64,000 nucleotides of DNA from contig JBBPZA010000123.1 in NCBI GenBank assembly GCA_038199375.1, positions 4,228 to 68,227 on the forward strand. Direction: 5' to 3'. Positions within the stretch are counted from its first letter, which is position 1, and the number at the start of each line of letters is the position of its first letter. The notes beneath the pieces are model-generated. The model did no database searches. It was given only the letters and a program-made list of their open reading frames with translations, and had not been told where the DNA came from. This document shows positions 39,809-48,858 of the stretch, in pieces. The stretch comes from Solirubrobacterales bacterium (GTDB taxonomy: Bacteria; Actinomycetota; Thermoleophilia; Solirubrobacterales; Solirubrobacteraceae). A program made the position numbers and the translations under genes.

Positions 39809-41488
39809 CTATTCGAGCGCGCGGCGCAGGAGCTCGCCGACCGTGCGCGGGTCGACGCCGTGGCGCTCGCGGAAGCGGCGAGCTTCGTCCTCGTCGGCGA
39901 GCGCGAGCACGAGCTCCTCGCGTGAGGCGCCCGCGCGGCACGCGGCGCGGTCGAGGACCACGAGGGCGCCCTTCTGGAGCAGGCCCTCCACGAGGCCGCC
40001 GGTGTCGGGCAGGTCGCGCCCCTTCTTGCACGGGTCCGCGATGACGACCGGGTCGGGGGCGATCGCGCCGTAGACGAGCGCATAGCCGCCCGCCACCGAG
40101 GTCGCCGCCGCGGCCACAGCTGCCAGGCGCGCCGGTCGGCGCGCGCCGGGGAGCAGGACCAGCGCCGCCAGCAGCGCGAGGCCGCCCGTGAGGAGGAGCA
40201 CCGTCGTGAATGCCTCGCCGATCGCCAGGACGAGCGTCTCGTCGGCGCGGCGGCCCAGGCGGTCGAAGACGAAGCGCTGCTCACCGGTGAAGCGAGGACG
40301 CTGCTCGGCGAGCGCCCGCTCCAGTCCCGCCCGCGGGTCCTGGGCCTCGACGCCTGCCAGCAGCTCCGGCGCGAGGTCGAGTTTGCGCCGCGCGGGCAGG
40401 TCGGCGTCGAGCACGAGGGCGACGCCGCGCAGCCGGGCGCGCTCCGTTGCTCGGTCGAGGTCGGCCGCCGCGATCGGTGCGATGGCCACCAGAGCGAGGG
40501 CGATCCCGGCATGGCGGATGGCGAGCAGGCGCGCGGCGTCTGCGGGAGAGCGCTCGGGAAGGAGGGCTCCCGCGAGCGCCGGCAGGGCGAGCCCCATGCC
40601 GACCCCCGCAGCGAGCTGCGGGACGACGGTCCAGCCGAGCTCCGCGTCGGGGAGAAAGGCGAGCGCGACGACACCGCCCGCGAGGAGGAGCGACCCTGCC
40701 ACCGCTCGCGACCGCGGCTCGCCCCGCACGCGTGAGCCCGCCAGCGCCGCGATCGGGATGACGGTCACTGCCAGCGCGGCTTCCAGGGGCTCGACGCTCC
40801 ACCCGGCGACGAGCAGCAGCACGAGGAGGAACAGCACCGCGGTGAGCGCGGCCGAGACGAGGGCGAGGGCTATTGCCGCGGCCCCCCGCCGCGCCGCTCC
40901 CGGAGCCGGGTCTGCCGACGGACGGCTCCCCGTCCGCGTCGCTTCTTCGCGCCCACCCACGACGCACGCCGCGGCCCCCGCGAGGGCGATGGGCGCCTGG
41001 ACCAGGAAGATGGCCCGCCAATCGAAGGCCTGCGTGAGCGCACCACCGAGGGCAGGGCCCGTCGCCGTTCCCACCACGGCGGCCAGCGGCCACAGGCGTC
41101 GACCGAGCGGCTCGCTCGCCCCTTGGGTCACGAGGGCGAAGGCGGCCACCAGTCCGGCGGCAGCGCCCGCGGCTCCGACGGCGCGGCCGAGCAGCAGCGC
41201 CGGCAGCGAGCCGGCCACGCCGCAGGCCACAGCTGAAAGCGCGAACACGACGAGCCCGATCGCTCCGACGAGCGCCGGTCCGCGCGCCCGGACGATCCAC
41301 CAGGCGGGTACGAGGACAAGAGCCAGCACGCCGGTGTAGACGCCGAGCACCGCGGCGACGCCCTCGACACCGGTGTCGAGCTCGACGAGGAGCTCGGGGA
41401 GGGCCAGCGTGACAATCGACGCGTCGGCCAGCGCGAGGCCGGCGACCAGAACCAGGACGATCGCTCGCAGGCGGAGGGTAGGGCTCAC
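39809..41488 (-). CDS. MFS-type transporter with C-terminal soluble extension
   Basis: About 12 hydrophobic helices. The N-terminus LALADASIVTLALPELL and LLGRAVGAAGAAAGLV resemble drug:H+ antiporter MFS. The last ~90 aa are hydrophilic. Confidence 0.7.
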   Translation of the reverse strand: MSPTLRLRAIVLVLVAGLALADASIVTLALPELLVELDTGVEGVAAVLGVYTGVLALVLVPAWWIVRARGPALVGAIGLVVFALSAVACGVAGSLPALLLGRAVGAAGAAAGLVAAFALVTQGASEPLGRRLWPLAAVVGTATGPALGGALTQAFDWRAIFLVQAPIALAGAAACVVGGREEATRTGSRPSADPAPGAARRGAAAIALALVSAALTAVLFLLVLLLVAGWSVEPLEAALAVTVIPIAALAGSRVRGEPRSRAVAGSLLLAGGVVALAFLPDAELGWTVVPQLAAGVGMGLALPALAGALLPERSPADAARLLAIRHAGIALALVAIAPIAAADLDRATERARLRGVALVLDADLPARRKLDLAPELLAGVEAQDPRAGLERALAEQRPRFTGEQRFVFDRLGRRADETLVLAIGEAFTTVLLLTGGLALLAALVLLPGARRPARLAAVAAAATSVAGGYALVYGAIAPDPVVIADPCKKGRDLPDTGGLVEGLLQKGALVVLDRAACRAGASREELVLALADEDEARRFRERHGVDPRTVGELLRRALE

Positions 41489-41705
41489 CGCCGGGGAAGT
41501 CTGCCCGGCCGGCGGATGGTCGTCTCCCGCGGGCGACGGCGCGCGTAGGGAATATCGCCGTTTGGTGGTAGTTCTGGAGAACGCGGGCGGGTACCCCCAG
41601 GCCGATGGAGCGTTGGTTCTCCCCTGAGCGCGGCGTCCAAGAGATTTGTCCTCGGTACTTCTGAGGTCTCAGATCTCGGAGGGCTTCTGCCGATGCTGTA
41701 CGCGC

Positions 41706-42915
41706 ATGACTCCCCCGAACCGCCCCGAGGCCCCCGACGAGCGTCTTGCCGGGTTCGCGCACGACGCGTCCCCTCGCAGGCGCGCGGAGGAGGTCGCCCG
41801 CCGCCCCGCCGACGCGGAGGCGGGCGACAGGCCGGCCACCGATGCACTTACCGGCGTGCTCGACGAGAATGAGCTCCACGGCCGCCTCGACGAGGAGATC
41901 GCGCGCTTCGAGGAGGTCCACGCCCCCTTCAGTCTTCTGCTCGTCGAGGTGAGGGCCGCCGACGACGAGCTCGCACGCCGGCGAGCGCTTCGCGCCGTGG
42001 CCAGCGCGATGGCCGGCGCATGCCGGGCGGACGACCCGATCTATCGCAACGGCGCGGACGGCTTCGCCCTTCTTCTCCCGGGGCCGGCCGGCGCCGCCGC
42101 CAAGGGAGTCGAGCGCCGCGCCGAGCGGGCGGTGGGCACCCTCGAGCTCAAGGTCCACGTGTCCTTCGCCCTCGTCGAGTGGCCTTACGACGGGCCGAGC
42201 CGCGAGTGGTTCCTCGCCGAGGCGCGCAACGCCGGCGCCGGCGCGAGGACGATCCTTCCCGCCGTTCCCCAGGCCGCCGGCGATCCCGGCGCCGAGGCCA
42301 AGCACGGGGAGATCGCAAGCGTCCGCGCGCTGCTCGCCGCGCTCGTCGCGCGCGACGGCTACACCGGTGATCACTGCCAGCCTGGGCAGCGACGTCGCCA
42401 GGTCGCTCTCTCTCGGCGAGCGCGAGATCGACGAGGTCGAGCAGGTCGCCCTCCTGCACGACATAGGCAAGATCGGCATCCCCGACTCCATCCTGCGCAA
42501 GGAGGGGCCGCTCAGCGCTCCGGAATGGGAGATCATGCGCGAGCACCCGGAGATCGGGGCCCAGATCGTCGGCGGCCTGCCGAGCCTCGCCCACCTCGCA
42601 CCACTCATCCGCTCAGAGCACGAGCGCTGGGACGGACGCGGCTACCCACATGGGCTGGCCGGCGACAAGATCCCGCTTGTCAGCCGCATCATCCTGGCCT
42701 GCGACGCCTACCAGGCGATGACCAGCGACCGCCCCTACCGCCGCGCCCTTCCCCTTCCCGAGGCGCTGCATGAGATCGAGCGCAACGCCGGCTCGCAGTT
42801 CGACCCGTCGGTCGTCGCATGCCTGCTGCGCGTGCTCGAGCGCAAGCGCCACGGCGCGCCGGTGCTCGCGAACCGGCGCACCGCCAAGAGCCGCTGGCGC
42901 GCCTACCTCGCCTGA
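41706..42915 (+). pseudogene. degenerate-GGDEF plus HD-GYP c-di-GMP phosphodiesterase gene split by a frameshift
   Basis: Frame 1 (from ATG 41706): DALTGVLDENEL...YRNGADGFALLLPG (GGDEF replaced by GADGF), then IASVRALLAALVARDGYTGDHC (start of HD-GYP). Frame +1 (ORF 42367..42915): SLGSDVARSLSLGEREIDEVEQVALLHDIGKIGIPDSIL...HERWDGRGYPHGL. Deleting one C at 42377-42378 joins them. Confidence 0.7.
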
Positions 42916-42948
42916 GCTCGTTCGGCCCGCCTGCCACACTGCCCGTCG

Positions 42949-43155
42949 ATGGCCCCACGCCGGTTTCGAGCCGCCGCGCGCGTTGCCCTCTTCCTCGCTG
43001 CCCGCGGGCGCTGCGCGGAGTGCGGCAGGAAGCTCGAGCCGGGTTGGCACGCCGATCACGTAACGCCGGTCCGGGCGGGCGGTCCGACCGAGCCTGCGAA
43101 CGGAAGAGCGCTCTGCCCCGGGTGCAACCTGCTCAAGGGGGGCCGCGTCGCGTGA
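42949..43155 (+). CDS. small HNH endonuclease
   Basis: CAECGRKLEPGWHADHVTPVRAGGPTEPANGRALCPGCNLLKG matches CxxC...HxDH...N...CxxCN. 68 aa. Confidence 0.8.
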   Translation: MAPRRFRAAARVALFLAARGRCAECGRKLEPGWHADHVTPVRAGGPTEPANGRALCPGCNLLKGGRVA

Positions 43156-44897
43156 CCCCGGCGCCGCGACGCTGGCAGGAGGCGTTCCTCGCTCGGCACG
43201 CGTCGGCCGCAGACCGGGATTTCCTGCTCGTCGCGACGCCCGGGGCGGGCAAGACGCTCGCCGCCTGCCAGGCGGCTCGCCAGGCGGGGTGCGATCAGGT
43301 GATCGTCGTCTGTCCGACGACAGCGCTGCGCGCCCAGTGGGCGGATACGGCCGATCTGGTGGGCTTCCATCTGGACCCGCGGTGGAAGAACGCGGACGGC
43401 GCGTGGCGCGGCGACGTGGACGGCGTCGTCGTGACCTATCAGCAGGTCGCCTCTGCCCCCGACCTGTTCGCCCATCATCTCGCCCGCTCCACGTTCGTCG
43501 TGCTCGACGAGGTCCATCACGCCGGCGAGTCGGCGACGTGGGGGACGGCGCTGCGCGCGGCGTTCGAAGGCGCTGAGGGGCGCCTCGCTCTCTCGGGGAC
43601 GCCCTTTCGCTCAGACGCCCGCGCGATCCCGTTCGTTCGCTACGACGAGGAGCGGCGCTGCGCACCCGACTTCGTCTACGGCTACCCGGACGCGGTCGCC
43701 GACGCCGTATGTCGCCCTCTCGCGTTCCGGCTGCTCGACGCGACCCTTCACTGGCGCGTGGACGCGCAGGAGACGATCGCGGCCTTCGCCGACGAGCTCG
43801 AGCCCCGTGACGACGCGCGACGGCTGCGCACCGCCATCGATCCCGCGACGCCGCTTCTCCCGCAGATGCTTCGCGACGCCGACGCCCTCCTGTCCAAGGC
43901 CCGCGCGGTCGTCCCCGACGCAGCCGGCCTGGTGCTCTGCGACGACCGCGCTCACGCGCGCGCAGTCGCCGCGCTGCTGCGGACCATCTCTGGGGCCAAG
44001 CCGGTGGTCGTGGTGAGCGACGAGGCGGGGGCACACGCTCGCATCGAGCGCTTCGCACGGGGCGAAGGCGGAGGCCCGCGCTGGCTGGTGGCGGTCAACA
44101 TGGTGAGCGAGGGCGTCGACGTCCCCCGACTCGTGCTCGCGGCCTACGCGACCGTCAAGCGCACGGACCTCTTCTTCCGGCAGGCCGTCGGCCGCGTCGT
44201 CAGGCGGCGCTCCAAGGACCCAGACGACTTGGTCGCGACCGTCTTCCTACCCGCCGACCCCACGCTCACGGCCTGTGCGGAGCGCGTGGAGGTAGAGCTG
44301 CGCCAGCAGGTCACCGACGAGGCCGGGGCGGCGTTCGACGTCGAGCCGCCGACGGGCCTTGCCCACCGCGTGGACTTCCAGGCGCTCGACGCACAGGTCG
44401 AGCCCGGCGGGATGATCGTCGCCGGGGTGCACTACCGGCGCGAGGAGGTCGACGCCGCGCGCCGCCTCCTGCGCGAGCTCGGGCAGTCCGAGCGCCGGCT
44501 GCGCTCCGTGCTCGAGTTCGTTCGCCGCGAGAGCCCGAGCGTGGCTTCCTCGTCCCCGCCCTCCGCTCCTCCGATCCCGACGCACCGCCGGATTGAGACC
44601 AAGCGGCGGGCGCTGGATCGGCTCGCACGCCGCTGGGCGCAGTTGAGGCGGGCGATCGACCCGGAGTACTCGTGGCCGCAGGCCCAGGCGCGCGTGAACC
44701 GAGCGATGGGGGTCGAGCGGCGCGCTGACGCCGGTGAGCGAGACCTCGACGAGGGCCTTGCCTTCCTGCGCGGCGAGCTCTCCAAGCTGGCCGAGCGCTA
44801 CCCCGAGGAGGCCGAGCGACTGCGCATCGAGGGCAGCGTCGAGGCCATCACCGGGGGGCTCGGCGAGCCGCGCCGGAAGGGGATGGCGCCCGGGTGA
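43152..44897 (+). CDS. SF2 (ResIII/DEAD-DEAH-like) helicase
   Basis: GTG 43152 overlaps the HNH stop (GTGA). Motif I ATPGAGKT, motif II VLDEVHHAG, motif III LSGTPFRSD, motifs V/VI VNMVSEGVDVPRL and FFRQAVGRVVRR. About 190 aa of uncharacterised helical C-terminal region. Confidence 0.85.
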   Translation: MTPAPRRWQEAFLARHASAADRDFLLVATPGAGKTLAACQAARQAGCDQVIVVCPTTALRAQWADTADLVGFHLDPRWKNADGAWRGDVDGVVVTYQQVASAPDLFAHHLARSTFVVLDEVHHAGESATWGTALRAAFEGAEGRLALSGTPFRSDARAIPFVRYDEERRCAPDFVYGYPDAVADAVCRPLAFRLLDATLHWRVDAQETIAAFADELEPRDDARRLRTAIDPATPLLPQMLRDADALLSKARAVVPDAAGLVLCDDRAHARAVAALLRTISGAKPVVVVSDEAGAHARIERFARGEGGGPRWLVAVNMVSEGVDVPRLVLAAYATVKRTDLFFRQAVGRVVRRRSKDPDDLVATVFLPADPTLTACAERVEVELRQQVTDEAGAAFDVEPPTGLAHRVDFQALDAQVEPGGMIVAGVHYRREEVDAARRLLRELGQSERRLRSVLEFVRRESPSVASSSPPSAPPIPTHRRIETKRRALDRLARRWAQLRRAIDPEYSWPQAQARVNRAMGVERRADAGERDLDEGLAFLRGELSKLAERYPEEAERLRIEGSVEAITGGLGEPRRKGMAPG

Positions 44898-44901
44898 GAA
44901 G

Positions 44902-44975
<74 letters not shown>

Positions 44976-44988
44976 TGGCGCGCGAGCC

Positions 44989-45017
44989 AGTATAGGCGCG
45001 CCGTCGCTCTCTGCCGA
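44989..45017 (-). promoter_or_regulatory. candidate sigma70-type promoter for tRNA-Asp
   Basis: On the minus strand: TCGGCA (45017-45012), a 17-nt spacer, then TATACT (44994-44989), about 14 nt before the mature tRNA 5' end. Confidence 0.3.
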
Positions 45018-45131
45018 GCGGGGCGAACGCTGCCACTCTGGCGTTTGTAAAGACTCGTCCAGGGCCCGCAACTCCCTCTCGGGGCGGGGTGTTCCCAGTC
45101 GCGTACATCAACTCAACCTCAGGAGGCAGGC

Positions 45132-46193
45132 ATGCGGATGGCGCATCTCTTCTCTCGTCTGACGGTCGGTCTTGGTGCGGTCCTCGTGAGCGGTCTTCTG
45201 CTCGCGGCGGTCGCCATGGCGGCGGTCATCACGGGAACGCCCGGGCCGGACCGAATCACCGGTACGCCCGACAACGACACGATCAATGCCCGCGCGGGCG
45301 CCGATCGCGTCAAGGCCCTGGCCGGCAACGACATCGTCAACCTCGGCCCCGGCCGGGACCGGGCGCGGCTCGGCGACGGCAACGACGTCGCCAACGGCGG
45401 CCCCGGCAGTGACCGGGTGACCGGCGGCAACGGCAACGACACATTCAAGGGCGGCGACGACCGCGACGTGTTCATCGGCGGCCCCGGCGACGACAACGCC
45501 GAAGGCGACCAAGGCGCCGACCTCCTGTTCGGTAACGCCGGCAACGACGTGCTGAAGGGCTTCCGCGGCAACGACCGCCTGTATGGCAACGCCGGCGACG
45601 ACATGCTGCAGGGCGACGTGCCCGGCAACGGCGTCGGCGGTAACGACCGCATCTGGGGCGGCCCCGGCAACGACACCATCGTGGGCGGCGAGGGTCGCGA
45701 CCGCACCCACGGCGGCGACGGCAACGATGCCGCCGACGGCGGCAACGGCCCGGACCTCATGTCCGGCGGCAGGGGCGACGACATCCAGCAGGGCGGCGAC
45801 GGCAACGACCGGATCTTCGCCAACCTGGGCGTCGACGTGACCAACGGCGGCAACGGCGACGACGACCTGTGGGCGCTGGCCCGCGGTGACGTGACGCCGG
45901 GTGCCGGAGGAGCGACGGACACGGTCGCAGACACGCTGATCGGCGGCGAGGGGAACGACACGTTCCACCTGCGCGACGGCGAGGCCGACAAGGTCGACTG
46001 CGGCCCCGGCAACGACACAGCGCTGCTCGACGAGGTCGACGTCATCGTCGATGCCGATCCGGCCAACCCGACGAGCAACGGCTCGTGCGAGCGGGTCGTT
46101 CGCAGGGCGCCGCGCCCGCGGGACCCGGACTCGAACGCGAAGTCCGAGGACCGGACCCAGGCCCCGGCGGAGGACAAGAAGGAGAAGGAGTAG
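45132..46193 (+). CDS. secreted calcium-binding protein with RTX-type GGxGxD nonapeptide repeats
   Basis: AGGAGG precedes the ATG. Sec signal LGAVLVSGLLLAAVAMAA. Most of the mature protein is GNDxL/I-xGGxGxD repeats (GGNGNDTFKGGDDRDVFIGGPGDDNAEGDQGADLLFGNAGNDVL...). Confidence 0.8.
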   Translation: MRMAHLFSRLTVGLGAVLVSGLLLAAVAMAAVITGTPGPDRITGTPDNDTINARAGADRVKALAGNDIVNLGPGRDRARLGDGNDVANGGPGSDRVTGGNGNDTFKGGDDRDVFIGGPGDDNAEGDQGADLLFGNAGNDVLKGFRGNDRLYGNAGDDMLQGDVPGNGVGGNDRIWGGPGNDTIVGGEGRDRTHGGDGNDAADGGNGPDLMSGGRGDDIQQGGDGNDRIFANLGVDVTNGGNGDDDLWALARGDVTPGAGGATDTVADTLIGGEGNDTFHLRDGEADKVDCGPGNDTALLDEVDVIVDADPANPTSNGSCERVVRRAPRPRDPDSNAKSEDRTQAPAEDKKEKE

Positions 46194-46226
46194 CTCTCCC
46201 GCTTCCGCGGAAGCCGACGCGATTCG

Positions 46227-46250
46227 ACGGGGCGCCTTCGGGCGCCCCGT
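46227..46250. terminator. GC-rich hairpin between the convergent RTX-like gene and uppP (candidate bidirectional terminator)
   Basis: ACGGGGCGCC-ttcg-GGCGCCCCGT, a 10-bp perfect stem with a TTCG tetraloop, followed on the + strand by TCGCGTTCTC. Confidence 0.5.
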
Positions 46251-46258
46251 TCGCGTTC

Positions 46259-47089
46259 TCAGGCGATCGCGCCGCTCGCGACGAGGACGAGGACGAGCGC
46301 GCCGACGACCACCCGGTAGACGACGAACGGCGTGAGGTCGTGGGTCGCCAGATAGCGCAGGAGGAAGGCGATCGACGCGTAGCCGAACACGAAGGCAAGG
46401 CCCGTGGCTAGGACGAGGGAGAGCGCGCCGGGGTCGGCGCTCTCGGGCTCGGTCCCCCGCGCGATCTTCGAGAGCTCGTAGAGGCCGCTCAGGACGACCG
46501 CGGGCACCGAGAGCAGGAACGAGAAGCGCGCCGCGGCGGCGCGGTCGAGGCCGAGGAGCAGCCCGGCCGTGATCGTCGCGCCCGAGCGCGAGACGCCCGG
46601 AATCAGCGCCAGCGACTGGGCGAACCCGATGGTCACGCCGTCGCGTGTCGAGAGGTCGGGCAGGTCGCGGTCGAGCGCAGCGGCGCGATCGGCGGCGAAG
46701 AGCACCAGGCCGAAGACGACGAGCGTCGTCCCGATGACGTAGAGGTCGCGCGCGCCCGTCTCGATCTGGTTCTCGAAGAGCTTGCCGAAGATGACGATGG
46801 GAACGGTTCCGGCGATGAGGTACCAGCCCATCCGCGCGTCGGGCGTCCCACGGAGCTCGGGCCGCCGCAGCGAGCCCAGCCACGCGCGCGCGACCGCCCA
46901 CAGGTCCGCCCGGAAGTAGATGAGCACCGCGGCCATGGTGCCCAGCTGGGTGACGGCGGTGAACGCCGCCCCGGGGTCTTCCCACCCGACGAAGGCCGGC
47001 ACTATGCGCAGGTGGGCGGTACTCGAGATCGGCAGGAACTCGGTCAGCCCCTGCACGACCCCGAGCACGATCGACTCGAGGACCGACAC
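46259..47089 (-). CDS. uppP: undecaprenyl-diphosphate phosphatase
   Basis: VLESIVLGVVQGLTEFLPISSTAHL and PGVSRSGATITAGL are the BacA/UppP signatures. GTG at 47089 is chosen as the start; the tracked ORF extends further upstream with Arg-rich filler. Confidence 0.9.
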   Translation of the reverse strand: MSVLESIVLGVVQGLTEFLPISSTAHLRIVPAFVGWEDPGAAFTAVTQLGTMAAVLIYFRADLWAVARAWLGSLRRPELRGTPDARMGWYLIAGTVPIVIFGKLFENQIETGARDLYVIGTTLVVFGLVLFAADRAAALDRDLPDLSTRDGVTIGFAQSLALIPGVSRSGATITAGLLLGLDRAAAARFSFLLSVPAVVLSGLYELSKIARGTEPESADPGALSLVLATGLAFVFGYASIAFLLRYLATHDLTPFVVYRVVVGALVLVLVASGAIA

Positions 47090-47199
47090 GACGCGAGAGC
47101 GTAGTCGGTAGCACCTTCGGAGCCGCCGCCAATCGACGAAACGACTTGGCCGGCCGGCCAATCGCTACGGGAAGAGGGAGGGGCGTGCATTGGCCGGCT

Positions 47200-47894
47200 C
47201 TACCCGCCCGTCAGTCCCTTCGTGCAGGCCTGGATCCTGTTCGCGTCGCCGCCGGCCTTGCGGATGCACTCGCCGACGTTCCGCACGCTCCTGGGCACGC
47301 CTTCTGTCGCGTCGAGGTCCTGACCTTCGAGCCGTCGGGGCGCGCGGTGTAGGAGACACCGCGCCCGTTGATGGTGCCTTTCATGTCCCACAGGAGCTTC
47401 CCGCTGGCCACACGCTCCAAGGTAGCGATGCTCAGGTGGAAATCGCCTGACTCCTTGCGCGAGATGGCCTTGGCGATGCGGCCGGGGGCGGCGGCCTTGA
47501 GCTTGCCGATCGACCAGGAGCTCTCCTCAAGGGTGCCCGAGCCGCTCACGTTGACGCCGATGTCGTCGAGGTCGTCGCTTCCGGGCTCGGCGCGATAGCC
47601 CTTCGCGCGGCTCCCGTCGCGAACGGCGAACTCGACGCTCGTCGGACGCATGGTCACCGTGAGCAGCTGGGCCGCGGAGCCGACCTCCTTGCGCAGCGTC
47701 TTCACGATCGGGCCGAAGTTGCGCCTGTCGACCATGCGCTCCTCCTGGGGCCCGCCCCCGTCCCGGGTGAGGTTCTTGACGTTGTTTAGAATTCCCTTGC
47801 CGAATGCGAAGTACATGATCGCGGCAATGCCGGCGGCGAAGGCCAGGCTGAGCAGGGCCCCGAGCGGGCGGCGCAGCAGCATCATCCACCTCAT
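47200..47894 (-). pseudogene. membrane-anchored hypothetical protein with an apparent frame break near the 3' end
   Basis: The frame of ORF 47211..47894 is convincing up to ...VSYTARPDGSKV. After that, GC3 and composition favour the frame of ORF 47200..47391 (QDLDATEGVPRSVRNVGECIRKAGGDANRIQACTKGLTGG, stop 47200). The switch is around 47318-47335. Confidence 0.45.
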
Positions 47895-47958
47895 CGAAAT
47901 CGTCCTCTCGGAGGGTGGGTCCGCCCGGTCAACGGACCCGTTCGGGAGAAATTACGCT

Positions 47959-48858
47959 GTGCGGGTGCACCTTTCCACCCCCGCGGCCGTCGATGTCTGT
48001 CGATCGGGAGGCAATCCCCGCCGAGGGCGACGGCGGGCTGCCCTCCTGGTCGCGGGGATCGCGCTCTACTTCACGGGCGGGCTCGCGCCGGCGCCTGCCG
48101 GCGCGGCCGCGCCGGTCGGCGAGTTTCGCGCGGACTGCCTGTTCAGCCACCGCAAGGCGGACGACCCGATCGTTGCACCGCGGCGGCCGGGCGCCTTTCA
48201 CAGCCACGACTTCTTCGGCAACCGCTCCACGGGCGCCGGCTCCACCCTGCGCTCGCTGCGCCGCGCACGGACGAGCTGCGAGCCGGAGGTCGACCGGTCG
48301 GCCTACTGGATCCCGACCCTCTACTACGGGCGCGGTCGACCCATCACCGCCACGCGCCTGGTCGCCTACTACGTCACCTCGAACAAGCGGCCCGACCGCC
48401 TGCGCCCGTACCCGCTGGGCTTGATGATGATCGCTGGAAACGGAGCGGCCCGGGGACCGGAGGCCGACCCGATCGTGGCCGAGTGGAGCTGCCTGGGAGC
48501 GGGGCGGCCGAGCTCGCCGAGCATCGGCCGCTGCCCGGGTGGATCCAAGCTCGAGCTCGGCCTGCGCTTCCCCGACTGCTGGAACGGCCGCGACCTCGAC
48601 AGCGCAGACCACCGCAGCCACATGGCCTACAGCAAGGCGGGCTCCTGCCCGGCCACCCATCCGGTCGCGGTGCCCGAGCTCAAGCTCAAGCTCACCTACC
48701 CCACCCGCGGCTCGCCGTCGATGCGGCTCGCCTCGGGCCGCGGGTACACCGCCCACGGCGACTTCATCAACGCTTGGGAGCCGCGCGAGCTGGCCCGCCG
48801 GATCCGCGACTGCCTCGTGCCGGCGATCCAGTGCGATCCCTACGGGGAGCCGGAATGA
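47959..48858 (+). CDS. DUF1996-domain protein, N-terminally anchored or secreted
   Basis: FRADCLFSHRKADDPIVAPRRPGAFHSHDFFGN matches the DUF1996 core (DPIV.PG...H.H.FFG). Hydrophobic AALLVAGIALYFTGGLAPAPAGA. GTG at 47959 or 47965 as start. Confidence 0.7.
   Translation: MRVHLSTPAAVDVCRSGGNPRRGRRRAALLVAGIALYFTGGLAPAPAGAAAPVGEFRADCLFSHRKADDPIVAPRRPGAFHSHDFFGNRSTGAGSTLRSLRRARTSCEPEVDRSAYWIPTLYYGRGRPITATRLVAYYVTSNKRPDRLRPYPLGLMMIAGNGAARGPEADPIVAEWSCLGAGRPSSPSIGRCPGGSKLELGLRFPDCWNGRDLDSADHRSHMAYSKAGSCPATHPVAVPELKLKLTYPTRGSPSMRLASGRGYTAHGDFINAWEPRELARRIRDCLVPAIQCDPYGEPE

Noticed and set aside
40281-42608. 775-aa minus-strand ORF (and similar giants at 45108..47132, 12179..14599, 33363..35270, 35425..37113, 42613..44058)
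   Set aside because: They are Arg/Pro/Ala/Gly-dominated and lack any motif. They lie antisense to or out of frame with genes that have clear family signatures. These are typical shadow ORFs of a very high-G+C genome.
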